DNA of 64,000 nucleotides from a virus: IMG/VR virus record IMGVR_UViG_3300012922_000006, positions 27,598 through 91,597 of that record; one strand, given 5' to 3'. Under the pieces are notes generated by a model, which ran no database searches, was not told the origin of the DNA, and saw only the letters and a list, made by a program, of their open reading frames with translations. Numbering within the stretch: the first letter of the stretch is position 1; every line of letters starts with the position of its first letter. Below, piece by piece: positions 36,693 to 46,182 of the stretch. The translations under genes and the position numbers were made by a program.

Positions 36693-37676
36693 CTAGGTAG
36701 CTCCTCGGGAGTCGCTGCTGCTTCTTCCTGCGGCGTCGACGCACGTCCTCAGCTCCTCCGGCGACAGGTCGTTGGGGTCCCTCCCCTCGGGCAGCGTAAC
36801 GCGCGTCACCCAGCAGTGGCGGCCCAGCGACGCCCGCAGCGAGTTCGCCGCACGCTCGCCCGCCTCGTCCGGGTCGGTCAGCAGGAACACCTCGCCGAAC
36901 GTGGAGAGCTTCGCCGCGTGCAGCGGCCGGATGTGACTCCCCCCGAGCGCGGCCACGTGCGCGCCCGGGACCGCGCGCTCCACCGCCATCGCGTTGAGCG
37001 CCCCCTCGCACGCGTAGACGCGCTCGCGCCGCATCGGCCAGTGCCGCTCGCCGAACACGGCGTCGAGGTCGGGCCCCTCCGCGAGGCTCGGGTACAGGTA
37101 CCGCCTCCGCGACGGCCCCATCGACCGCGCCATGTAGTTCGCCAGCTCGTCCGCGTAGTCGTGCACCGGCACCACGAGCCGACCCCCGAGCCTGCCGTCG
37201 AGCGCGTAGCCGACCGACCACCGCCTGACCTGCGACTCCGCGAGCCCGCGCGACTCCGCGTACTCGCGCGGCGCCGACGGCCAGAGGTGCAGCGGCTCGT
37301 CGTCCACCACGCCCTCGGGCATCGCGAACTGCGCGCGCCCCGACCCGCGCGCCACCACGCGGACCTCGACTCCCCTCGGCAGCGGCTCGTCCTCCGCGCG
37401 GAACTCATCGAGCCAGTCGACCGCGGAGCCCCACTCCTGCAGCCCGATCAAGTGCATCACGAGCCACGGGAGCGCGCCTCCGCTTTCACAAGAAAAACAG
37501 TGTGATTGGCCAGCGCGCGGGCCGTCACGGCGAATGAACCAGCTCCCGGGGTGCGCGTCCTCGCGCCCGAGCACCTTCGGGTGGAACGGGCAGCGCGCCC
37601 AGAGCCGCGTGCCCTCCTCCCACGTCACCTCGATCTCGAAGCGGCGCAGGATCGCGCGCACGTCGTAGCACTTCAA
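36693..37676 (-). CDS. DNA primase (CHC2 zinc finger + TOPRIM)
   Basis: CPFH...HCFSC; CEG; DPDEAG; RDPND. Confidence 0.88.
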   Translation of the reverse strand: MKCYDVRAILRRFEIEVTWEEGTRLWARCPFHPKVLGREDAHPGSWFIRRDGPRAGQSHCFSCESGGALPWLVMHLIGLQEWGSAVDWLDEFRAEDEPLPRGVEVRVVARGSGRAQFAMPEGVVDDEPLHLWPSAPREYAESRGLAESQVRRWSVGYALDGRLGGRLVVPVHDYADELANYMARSMGPSRRRYLYPSLAEGPDLDAVFGERHWPMRRERVYACEGALNAMAVERAVPGAHVAALGGSHIRPLHAAKLSTFGEVFLLTDPDEAGERAANSLRASLGRHCWVTRVTLPEGRDPNDLSPEELRTCVDAAGRSSSDSRGAT

Positions 37677-39157
37677 CGCCCCCACTTCTTCCTCCCGCGC
37701 CCGGCCTCGGCAGTCGGCGCCTTGAACAGCTCCTGGTCACCGATGCCGCCCGCCTCGCCCGGGTGCTCGTACTCGACGGACCTCCCGTTCGCGATCGACC
37801 CCTTGTCGCCGTCCCAGTCGAACTCGACTGAGAGCGGCCACCGCCCCCAGCGCTGCTTCAAAATGTGCAGCTCGATCTTGTCGTCGAGCACGCGCTTCCA
37901 CTGCCCGGGGCGGTACGGCGCGAGGATCGTGTCCGCGACCTGCGTCCACGCACCCGACCCCGTGATGCCCTCGCGCGTCGGGCGCTTGTCCTGCCTCCCC
38001 TCCACGTCCTTGCGCTGCTGCGCGAGCAGCACGCAGTGCATGTCCATCTCCTCGGCCATCGCCTGCTGCCGGAAGAGCGCCTTCTTCTCGTCGCTCGGCT
38101 TGTCCTCCTCCAGGCACCGGTCCCAGAGGTCGCAGATGAACCACTTGCACCCAGGCACGCTCGCGAGCTGCTCCTGCAGGATGTCGAGGTTCCCCATGTT
38201 CGTCGCGCGCTCAGAGCGCTGTCGCCGGTAGGGGTTCCTCATGAACGTCACCCACCGCGAGATCAGGTGCATCCGGTCCTCGAGCTGCACCCGCTGATCT
38301 GGGGGCATCGGACTCCGACCGTCTCGCTGGTCGAGCCCCTGGATGAGCGAGCTGCGCGACCACTTGAGCGAGATGCACGCCATCAGCTCGAGTGTCATCC
38401 CGCCCTTCGGCTCCCACGCGCAGTACATGCCCGGCTTCTTCTGCCGCACCTGCCCCAGCGAGATGTGCGCCGCGAACGTCGACTTCCCGGCGCCCGACTG
38501 CCCCGCGATCATCGTGACCATCCCCGGCGCCGCACCCGGGAGCATCCGGCGCGTGCCGCCGATGTCGCGCCCGCGGTCGTCCGACGCACCAGATTCGTAC
38601 TCGTCGAGCCCTGCGATCCCGTACGGGTACGACGCGCGGCCCGCGATGCGCGCGTCGAGGTCCGCCATCTGGTCGCGCACCAGGTCCCCGCGGTCGTGCA
38701 GCCACCGCCCCGCGCCGGCGCCCCCGTCGAACGACTCGCCCACGTGGCGCGCGAGCGCGCGCACGCGCTCCTTCGGCGCCGTCGGGTCGTTGATCGCCTC
38801 GAGCAACCCCTTGATCGGCCCGCGCGCCGCGCTCACGCGCTGGCGGTCCCACGCGAGCGCCTCCACGTGGAACTCGAGGTTCGCCGGCGGGTCTGGCCGC
38901 AGCTCCGCGAGCTGCACGAAATACGCGACGTCCGCCGTCGCCGGCAGCAGCTTCGCGAACGTCGCCGGGTCGAACTCGAGGCCCTGCGACTCCAGCTCCC
39001 TGAGCGCCCGCCACCCCGCGCGGTGCTGGTCGTCCTGGAACGACTCCGCGGGCACTCGCTTGACCAGGTCCCTGCGGTGCTCGCGGCTCACGATCCCCGC
39101 GGCGAGCAGCACGTGCTCGTTCACGAAATCTACCTCGACAACGAGGTCCTTGGACAT
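37673..39157 (-). CDS. dnaB: DnaB-like replicative helicase
   Basis: GQSGAGKST, LLAQQRK, RPT...GSGAWTQVAD, KQRWG. Confidence 0.88.
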   Translation of the reverse strand: MSKDLVVEVDFVNEHVLLAAGIVSREHRRDLVKRVPAESFQDDQHRAGWRALRELESQGLEFDPATFAKLLPATADVAYFVQLAELRPDPPANLEFHVEALAWDRQRVSAARGPIKGLLEAINDPTAPKERVRALARHVGESFDGGAGAGRWLHDRGDLVRDQMADLDARIAGRASYPYGIAGLDEYESGASDDRGRDIGGTRRMLPGAAPGMVTMIAGQSGAGKSTFAAHISLGQVRQKKPGMYCAWEPKGGMTLELMACISLKWSRSSLIQGLDQRDGRSPMPPDQRVQLEDRMHLISRWVTFMRNPYRRQRSERATNMGNLDILQEQLASVPGCKWFICDLWDRCLEEDKPSDEKKALFRQQAMAEEMDMHCVLLAQQRKDVEGRQDKRPTREGITGSGAWTQVADTILAPYRPGQWKRVLDDKIELHILKQRWGRWPLSVEFDWDGDKGSIANGRSVEYEHPGEAGGIGDQELFKAPTAEAGRGRKKWGR

Positions 39158-39660
39158 CAGATGTCCCTCCAGATAGACCCCGCGTGAATGTGATAGACGA
39201 CCGACCTACTCACGCCATAGCGCCTGGCAATCGCGTGTTGAGATTCAATCCCCCTGAGAGATCGAATCTCCTTCGCCTGCTGCACCGTGAGCTTTGACAT
39301 CCCATGTCGTTCACCAGTGGGATGCCTGTCGGGCTTCGTATTCGCCCCGTTCGCTCTTCCAAAACTACGAACATACCGACCGCGTTCTAGGCAGTCGCAC
39401 ATGTTGTCTCGCTGCGTGCCAATGACGAGATGTGAAGGACGAACGCAGCCAGGATTATCGCATCGATGTCGAACGACTAGACCCTCGACAATTGGCCCGT
39501 AGATCGACTCGTACGCGAATCGATGTGCACGAACCATCCTCTTACCAATCCGGATCTGCCCATAGCCACTCGTGCGACTCGCTGCCCACTCCCAGCAACC
39601 ATCGCTGATGATCACCTTCGACCAGAACCGATATTGAAGCGTGAGGTCCTTCGCCGCCAT
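39157..39660 (-). CDS. HNH endonuclease
   Basis: RFWSKV..CWEW, AHRFAY, RHRCDNPGCVRPSHL..GT..DN; lower GC. Confidence 0.88.
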   Translation of the reverse strand: MAAKDLTLQYRFWSKVIISDGCWEWAASRTSGYGQIRIGKRMVRAHRFAYESIYGPIVEGLVVRHRCDNPGCVRPSHLVIGTQRDNMCDCLERGRYVRSFGRANGANTKPDRHPTGERHGMSKLTVQQAKEIRSLRGIESQHAIARRYGVSRSVVYHIHAGSIWRDI

Positions 39661-40753
39661 GGACCCACGACTATGCCGCCCGCTAGTCGTCGACGTACCA
39701 ACGCGTCGGCGAGCGCGGCACGTAGCGCACGCTCATCGCGCGCACCTCCACGACCTCGTCGCCCCGGAACGCGTACGCGCTCGTGCGCCGGCGACCCTCC
39801 GCGAAGCGCCACGTCCACCACCGGCCGACGCGCCACCACGGGGGGTCGAACAGCTCGACCAGCTCCCCGTCCTCGCCCCCCTGCAGCGCGCCGTCCGCGC
39901 AGCCCCGCGACGGCCACGTACCCACGAGCGCGAGGGTCGTGCACCGGCGGTGCCGGGCCTCGCGCACGAGGCACCGCAGCGCCGCGAAGGCGATGCCGCA
40001 GAGGACGGCCCGCACGACCCACGGCGTGCCCAGCACCAGCCCCGCCGTCACCAGGCACCCCTCCAGCAGGGAGTCGACTACGAGTCGCCACCCTCGAACA
40101 GGTAGGAGTGCCTCCTCACGAACTCCGGGTCGATCTTCTCCGGGTCGTCGGCCATCTCTCGGGCGTGTTCCAGACATACGTACCCCCCTCCCACGAGGGG
40201 GATGGATGCCGGGCGACCGCACGTCGTCGGGAACACCAGCCCGAACAGCGGCGCGAGGAGGTCGTAGAGCGCCGGCAGGTCGCACGGCGCCCCCATCTTC
40301 GCGGTCACCGCGTCTTCGCGCGCTCGATCGCGAGGGCGTAGTCCGTCAAGAAAAGTTTCCCGAACTGGAGTTGCCACGACACGCGACGACCCTCGCGGTT
40401 GTTCGCGCGCCGCCACTCCTCGCGCTCCCGCTCCCGCGTCCACACCCACCGCACGAACGCGTAGAGGCGCTGCGGCTCCCCGCCGAACGAGTCGCGCAGC
40501 AGCTTCGCCACCATCGCCGCAGCGCCCATGCGCGCGGGTGGGGTCAGCTCCAGGGGTGGCACCCCGTACGCCTTCGCGTGCCCCATCGCGTAGAGCGCCA
40601 CGAAGTGGCCCGGCCTCGCCTCGGTCCAGTCCCCGCTCGCGACCATCACCGCCGCCTCGCGCTGCCGCTGCGCGAACGTCGAGTCGCTGATCACCTTCGC
40701 GCGCGGCTTCTTGTTGATCATGCGGTCCACCCGCGCCATGAACGGGAGCGCGC

Positions 40754-41836
40754 TCACTTTCCGGCCCGCGCCTTCATGCCCGAGAGCGACCGGATGAACT
40801 CGTCGGCCTTCCGGTCGCGATCCACCCGCGCGCGTCGGTCGAGGAACTCGTACGCGTCGTCCCACGCCTCGTCGCGCGACTGCCCCGGATGCACCATCGT
40901 CACCATCGAGTACGGGCCGACCGTGAACGTCGAGTAGCTCCCCGGGATGAGCGTGTACTTCTCCTCGCCCCAAACGACGGTGAGGGTATCTGCCTGCTCA
41001 TTCGGCACCGTCTCGATCCGTCCTTGGTCGCGCCGGAAGGCCGCGATCGCGGCATCGATCGGGCTCTTCGCCGTGTCCGACGCGCCCCCCTGCACCACAC
41101 GCCGGCGCCCGCGACCCCTCGGCTCCTCCGGCGCGATCACCGCCTGCATCTCAGGCGCGCTCGCGTCGATCTCCGTTGCTTGTGGACCATCGATGTCCGC
41201 GTGCTTCTCGCGCATCTCCGCGCGCGTACGCGGAACGCCCTCTTCGTCGATGACGACCAAGTCGAGATCGTCGTCCACGCCGTTCTCGAGGAACGCCGGC
41301 TTGTCCGCCATGCGCTCGCACCACATCGCGGCAGCGCGCCGCTGCTCCGGCGTCCACCGCGAGATCATCGGCAGCGTGATCGGCTTCGCGTTCTTGATCT
41401 GCACCACGCCGCGCTCCGCGAGCCGCGTGCAGAGCACCCCGAGGTCCTTCTCGAGTGCGAGACCCGGCAACTCTGACGTCCCGTTCCCCTGAGACAGCTG
41501 GGCAGGACGCATCGCATTCGGCACGGGCGTCGGCACCCCCGCGAACACCTCGCTCATCGAGGCCGCGATGCCCGCCACCAGGTCCGCCGCGTCCGGCTTC
41601 TTCGGCGGGACGTCCTGCGAGCGCGGCACGTCGACCTCCTCCACCACGGGCCTGCCCACGAGCGACCTCTTGCAGCTCGGACCGCGGCACGTGCCGCCGT
41701 TCCAGGTCTGCCTGAGGCCGCACTCGCACTCGTAGAACTTCAGCGCCGGCGGCCTCGCGGCGGGCGACGTCGGGAACATCTCGGGCGTCCTCGTCTGCGC
41801 GTCTCCGCGCGGTGCTGTCGCACTCCTGGTCCTCAT
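40754..41836 (-). CDS. hypothetical protein (N-terminal zinc ribbon)
   Basis: long ORF with CECG...C....C. Confidence 0.55.
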   Translation of the reverse strand: MRTRSATAPRGDAQTRTPEMFPTSPAARPPALKFYECECGLRQTWNGGTCRGPSCKRSLVGRPVVEEVDVPRSQDVPPKKPDAADLVAGIAASMSEVFAGVPTPVPNAMRPAQLSQGNGTSELPGLALEKDLGVLCTRLAERGVVQIKNAKPITLPMISRWTPEQRRAAAMWCERMADKPAFLENGVDDDLDLVVIDEEGVPRTRAEMREKHADIDGPQATEIDASAPEMQAVIAPEEPRGRGRRRVVQGGASDTAKSPIDAAIAAFRRDQGRIETVPNEQADTLTVVWGEEKYTLIPGSYSTFTVGPYSMVTMVHPGQSRDEAWDDAYEFLDRRARVDRDRKADEFIRSLSGMKARAGK

Positions 41837-41882
41837 CTTCGTGATCCCTCCGCGGAGCGGCCTCCGAACGTCTAGCAGCGAC

Positions 41883-43367
41883 TCATCCTATGCCGCCCGC
41901 GACCCCCTGGAGCGCCGCGCAGACCCCGCGCACCGCGCGCCGCGAGTCGACCTTGACGAGCGCCCCGTTCACGAGTGCTACGACCGTAGAATTCCACTTG
42001 CGGAGGTTGTCGAGGTGCCCGCTCACGACCCGGTGGTCCCACGCGTAGTAGAGCCGCGGCGACGCCTTCCCGGGGCTGATCCTGCAGAGCCTCCCGCGCA
42101 CCTGGTTGAAGAACTGCCTGTTGCTCGCGATCGGCGTCGCGCACACGCCGGCACCCACGCGCGGGATGTCGATCCCCGTGCCGAGCGCCTGGTACGTCCC
42201 CACGCCGACCTGGATCGTCCCGTCGCGCAGCCCCGCCACGCTCCGCCGGTACTCCAGCTTGTTCTCCGCGCCGCCGAGCAGGAAGCCGCACCGCGCGCCA
42301 CGCGACACCAGCTCGCGGCAGAGCGCCTTGCAGTGCTCCACGCGCCTCGACATTACGAGTACCTGCTCCCCGCGCTGCACCTCCGACAGCGCGAGCCCCG
42401 CGAGCATCGCGTTCCTCGGCGCGTCCGCGGTCATCTCGCGCAGCAACCTGTCATCGTCCAGCTCGAGCCCCTCCGCGGGGTGCCCGTACCAGGGCGCCCC
42501 GAACTCCGTCGGCACCACGCGCACCTCGACGTCGAGGATGAATCCCTGGCGCACCAGCTCCTCGCGGTCGACCTCGTAGGCCACCTCGCCGAAGAGGTCC
42601 CGCGTGATGAACTCCTTCCCGTCCTTCCGCCGCTCGTCCGCGCTGATCCCGAACCGGTAGCGCGCCGGGAACTGGTCGACGACCGCGTAGAGCGTGTCGC
42701 TCGCGGCCCGCTGCACCTCGTCACAACCGACGAGCCCGAAGTACTCGAGCAGCTCCGGCTGCAGCTCGCGCGCGGCGAGCGACTGCTGCATCGCGACCGT
42801 CACCGGCTTCAGCCGCCACTTCCCGCCCGAGATGACGCCGACGTCCCCCGCGTCGATCCCCAGCTCCTTCACCAGGCGCTCGCGCCACTGGTCGAATAAC
42901 CCCGCGTTCCACACGACCACGAGCGACGGGACCTTGAGCCGCGCGATCAGCGAGATGAGCACCGACGTCTTGCCTCCCCCAGTGGGGGCGCGCAGCAGGC
43001 AGTTCTCCCGCGCGAGCATCGCGCGCGCGGCCTCGTCCTGGAACGGCCACGGCTGCTGCAGCAGGTCGGGGATGCCCCCGCCAGAGACCACGCCGGGCTG
43101 CCGCCGGTCCTCCACGCGGTACTCCACACCCGCGGACCGCAGCGCCTCCCGCACGCGCGCCAACCCCCCGCGCGGGAACGTCAGCGACTCGTCCTCGTCG
43201 CGCCACGTGCGGATCACAGCGGGCTCCCCGCGCGCCGAGTAGCCCATGCCCTCGAGCGCCGCCCGCTTCGGGTTCGCGTGCGAGAACTCGGCCTCGAGCC
43301 GCTCCCGCACCGCGGCCGCGATCCTCCCGTGCACGCGGACCCTGTTGTCGACGACGACCCTGTTCAC
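41883..43367 (-). CDS. superfamily-2 DNA helicase (UvsW/ResIII-like)
   Basis: APTGGGKT, DEVQ, GISA, GIDIP, QVRGRLCR. Confidence 0.9.
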   Translation of the reverse strand: MNRVVVDNRVRVHGRIAAAVRERLEAEFSHANPKRAALEGMGYSARGEPAVIRTWRDEDESLTFPRGGLARVREALRSAGVEYRVEDRRQPGVVSGGGIPDLLQQPWPFQDEAARAMLARENCLLRAPTGGGKTSVLISLIARLKVPSLVVVWNAGLFDQWRERLVKELGIDAGDVGVISGGKWRLKPVTVAMQQSLAARELQPELLEYFGLVGCDEVQRAASDTLYAVVDQFPARYRFGISADERRKDGKEFITRDLFGEVAYEVDREELVRQGFILDVEVRVVPTEFGAPWYGHPAEGLELDDDRLLREMTADAPRNAMLAGLALSEVQRGEQVLVMSRRVEHCKALCRELVSRGARCGFLLGGAENKLEYRRSVAGLRDGTIQVGVGTYQALGTGIDIPRVGAGVCATPIASNRQFFNQVRGRLCRISPGKASPRLYYAWDHRVVSGHLDNLRKWNSTVVALVNGALVKVDSRRAVRGVCAALQGVAGGIG

Positions 43368-43577
43368 CTCCGCCCTGATGCCGCCGTCACCCAGCGTCCT
43401 CGTCGTCGGGACCGAGGCAGACGCGCGTGCGGTTCACAGCGGCGACCCTCGCTACCTCGGCGAGCCCCGCGACCTCCTCCGGGGTCCCGTCGAACTCCAG
43501 GGTGATCCGTATGCACGCCGTCTTCCGGTCCAGGCGGACGTTCTCGTACCCGACGACGTACCCGCGCAGCTTGTCCA

Positions 43578-44120
43578 TCAACGCCGAGATGCCGCGCGGC
43601 GGTCCCGCTCGATCGCCAGAGTCGAGGCCCGGGCCTCGACTTGCTCCAGTCGTTCCAGCTCCCGCCCGTACTTCGCGAGCGCCACCGCCTCGACCTGCCT
43701 CACTCGCGCCCGCGTGAGGTTCAGCACCTCGCCGATCCTCTCGAGCGTCTGCTCGCGGTCCGCGAGGTCGAGCGCGCACGTCGCCTGCCCCTCCTCCCAC
43801 GCCTCGCTCCCCGGATGCGTCAGGCGCACCGACCCGCTCCGCGTCACGTCCACCCCGAGGTGATGCCTGCACGACGCGTATGCACACGGGCGCTCCCCGC
43901 CCTCGCAGTCCCCGCGCGTCCTCGGGCGACCGACGAACAACCCCTCCTCGGCCGCCACGGTGTTCGAGGCGTGCAGCTCGTCCAGCTCCAGCCGAGTCGC
44001 GCGGACCGGCTGACCCCCCACCACACGACTCCTCCGCACCGACTCCGGGCGCCTGCGCCTCCACGAGACGTGACCCCCGACCACCGGCAGGCGGACCCTC
44101 TGCTGCTCCCCGTCTCCCAT
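43578..44120 (-). CDS. Cys-rich sigma70 region-4 HTH DNA-binding protein
   Basis: RPRTRGDC..RPC...CRHHL...CALDLA...TLERIGEVLNLTRARVRQVE. Confidence 0.8.
   Translation of the reverse strand: MGDGEQQRVRLPVVGGHVSWRRRRPESVRRSRVVGGQPVRATRLELDELHASNTVAAEEGLFVGRPRTRGDCEGGERPCAYASCRHHLGVDVTRSGSVRLTHPGSEAWEEGQATCALDLADREQTLERIGEVLNLTRARVRQVEAVALAKYGRELERLEQVEARASTLAIERDRRAASRR
43620..43641. repeat. 22-bp palindrome, copy 9 (coding, VEARAST)
   Basis: exact match. Confidence 0.97.
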
Positions 44121-44149
44121 GGTGGCCGAGGATACCGGAAGTCTCCCCT

Positions 44150-44460
44150 CGCACGTGTGCGCGCACACGTGCGTCAGATCGATCGGGAGACCAGATCCCT
44201 CAGTTCCTCAGGATCGAGGATGAGAGATCGATCTCCTGATCTCTCATCCTCGATCCGCATGGACGACCACTCGTGCGGGCGCGCAAGCGCCCGCGTCGTG
44301 CGCCCTACGGGCGCACTCCATGTGGTGATCACGGACGGGCGATCCTCGATCCGCGCACGTCGCCCTGTGCGTGTCGCCCCCACCGCTTGTCGCGGAGCCC
44401 TGCCGGTTCGGCGGCGACCCCGTGTGGCTCCCACGTGCGCCTTTTTTCGAAAAAAAGGAA
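44150..44460. other. origin-like non-coding region at the divergent strand switch
   Basis: 24-bp palindrome 44150-44173; 19-bp inverted repeat 44211-44256; 11 GATC sites in 44177-44351; T6-CG-A7 tract at ~44441-44457. Confidence 0.5.
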
Positions 44461-44582
44461 GTCCCTTTACGGCATGCCCAAGGGGCATGGGGCACTGCTA
44501 GGCGATGCGAGTCGGGTGGATCTACGGCAATGACCTGGGCACTCCGAACCCGAGCTGGGGGCGGACCAAGCGGAGGTGCGTC

Positions 44583-44918
44583 ATGTCGGCGAAGCAGCAA
44601 GCGGAGGCGCGGGGGCGCGTGCGGGACCAGGTGAGCCGGGACGCGGAGCTGGTCGGGGCGGTGCTCGAGCGGGAGGACCTGGAGCCGGACGCGCGCGAGC
44701 GCTTCACGGACATGCTCGTCTTCCTCGAGCGCCACGGGCCGCTCTCGCCGAAGCAGCGCGAGTGGGCGACCGCTGTGCTCGAGGGTCGGCGGTACGAGGC
44801 ACCCGTCGAGTACGCGAACCTGATCAGCAGCGGGCGCGCCCCGCGCGGGCGGGAGGTGGCGATGCTCGTGAAGGACCACCCCCTCAAGCCGCCGCGGCGA
44901 CCCGTGAGTGACGAGTGA
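44583..44918 (+). CDS. hypothetical protein
   Basis: GGAGG SD; LSPKQ motif. Confidence 0.6.
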   Translation: MSAKQQAEARGRVRDQVSRDAELVGAVLEREDLEPDARERFTDMLVFLERHGPLSPKQREWATAVLEGRRYEAPVEYANLISSGRAPRGREVAMLVKDHPLKPPRRPVSDE

Positions 44919-45679
44919 GCGCCGTCCGCGCCGCGATCCTCAGGCGCTGGGACGCGCCGACGTGGTCGACGTTCTTCGAGGTCCCGAACAGCACGGGTGG
45001 CGCGAAGTCGAGGACTGCGGACGCCGTCGCCGTCTGCGCGTGGCCCTCGCGGGGGATGGAGATCCACGGCGTCGAGGTGAAGGCGTACCGCAGTGACTGG
45101 ATCCGCGAGCTGCGGCAGCCGGAGAAGAGCACCGCCGTGCAGCGCTACTGCGACCGGTGGTGGGTCGTCGCGGAGCGCGAGGACGTCGTCGCCGCGGACG
45201 AAGTCCCGTCGACGTGGGGCCTGCTCGTCCTCCGGGGGAAGAAGCTGGTGACCCTCGTGGACGCGCCGAAGCTCACCGCGGAGCCACTGACGCGCGGGTT
45301 CGTCGCGTCGATCCTCCGCGCCGCGAGCGCGCGGTTCGTGGACAAGGAAGTCGTCACCGCACTCGTCGCGGAGAAGCTCGAGGAGGCAGTCGAACGCCGA
45401 CGTGACTCGAACGCGGCGGAGGTCGAGCGACTCCGGCGAGACCACGCCGAGCTGCGAGAGCTAACCGAGGCGCTGGCGCGCGGGATCGGGGTCCCGCTCT
45501 ACGACCTGACGCACGGCCTCGGCTGGCCCCAGAAGGACCCGGATAGCATCGGGCGCGCGATCCGGTTCGTGCTCGACGGCGGGCCGGCGAAGTACGCGGG
45601 CGAGCTGGCGGTACTGCGATCCCACGCAGCAGGCGTGCTCGAGCGCGTCGACGAGGTGCTGGCGGCGCTGAAGCGGTGA
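44915..45679 (+). CDS. MmcB-like PD-(D/E)XK nuclease-fold protein
   Basis: FEV...ADAV...WPSRG..IHGVEVK..RSDW.REL..PEK. Confidence 0.72.
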   Translation: MSAVRAAILRRWDAPTWSTFFEVPNSTGGAKSRTADAVAVCAWPSRGMEIHGVEVKAYRSDWIRELRQPEKSTAVQRYCDRWWVVAEREDVVAADEVPSTWGLLVLRGKKLVTLVDAPKLTAEPLTRGFVASILRAASARFVDKEVVTALVAEKLEEAVERRRDSNAAEVERLRRDHAELRELTEALARGIGVPLYDLTHGLGWPQKDPDSIGRAIRFVLDGGPAKYAGELAVLRSHAAGVLERVDEVLAALKR

Positions 45680-45700
45680 GTCGAGGCCCGGGCCTCGACT
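45679..45700. repeat. 22-bp palindrome, copy 10 (overlaps a TGA)
   Basis: exact match. Confidence 0.97.
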
Positions 45701-45732
45701 CGGTCCGCGGCGGACGAGCTAAGCTCCCGCGC

Positions 45733-46134
45733 ATGGAGCAGGAACTCGCGCAGGCGCTGGCGCTCCTCGCCGGCAGGAAGTGGCTCCCGCTCTTCGTCGT
45801 CGCGATCGGGTGGGCGACGCGCCTGCTCAGCGACAAGAGCCGCTTCCCCGCGGAGGTCCCCGCGCGCTGGCAGCCCGTCGTCGTCCTCGGCCTGTCGGTG
45901 CTCTACAGCGCGGTCACGGCGGTCGCCTCGGGCGCGACGTGGAAGGCCGCCGCGATCCACTCGTTCGTCGTGGCGTTCGTGGTCATGGGCGCCTTCGACC
46001 TGCTCGTGAAGGCGGTGTTCAACGGGCGAGAACCAACCTGGCTCGGGTGGCTCGCACTCGTGTCCCGGAACCCCGCGGGATCACCGGCGCCTGGGGACCT
46101 CACGAAAAAAGACTTGCAAGATACTCCGCCCTGA
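45733..46134 (+). CDS. multi-pass membrane protein (holin-like)
   Basis: three hydrophobic segments; TAAGCT 7 nt before ATG. Confidence 0.5.
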   Translation: MEQELAQALALLAGRKWLPLFVVAIGWATRLLSDKSRFPAEVPARWQPVVVLGLSVLYSAVTAVASGATWKAAAIHSFVVAFVVMGAFDLLVKAVFNGREPTWLGWLALVSRNPAGSPAPGDLTKKDLQDTPP

Positions 46135-46142
46135 GGGAAGCT
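46105..46142 (+). promoter_or_regulatory. promoter: A-tract, TTGCAA-N17-GAAGCT
   Basis: AAAAAAGACTTGCAAG shared motif. Confidence 0.6.
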
Positions 46143-46182
46143 CTCTTCACCGGACGCCGCGGCGCCGGGGGAGGATGCGCAG

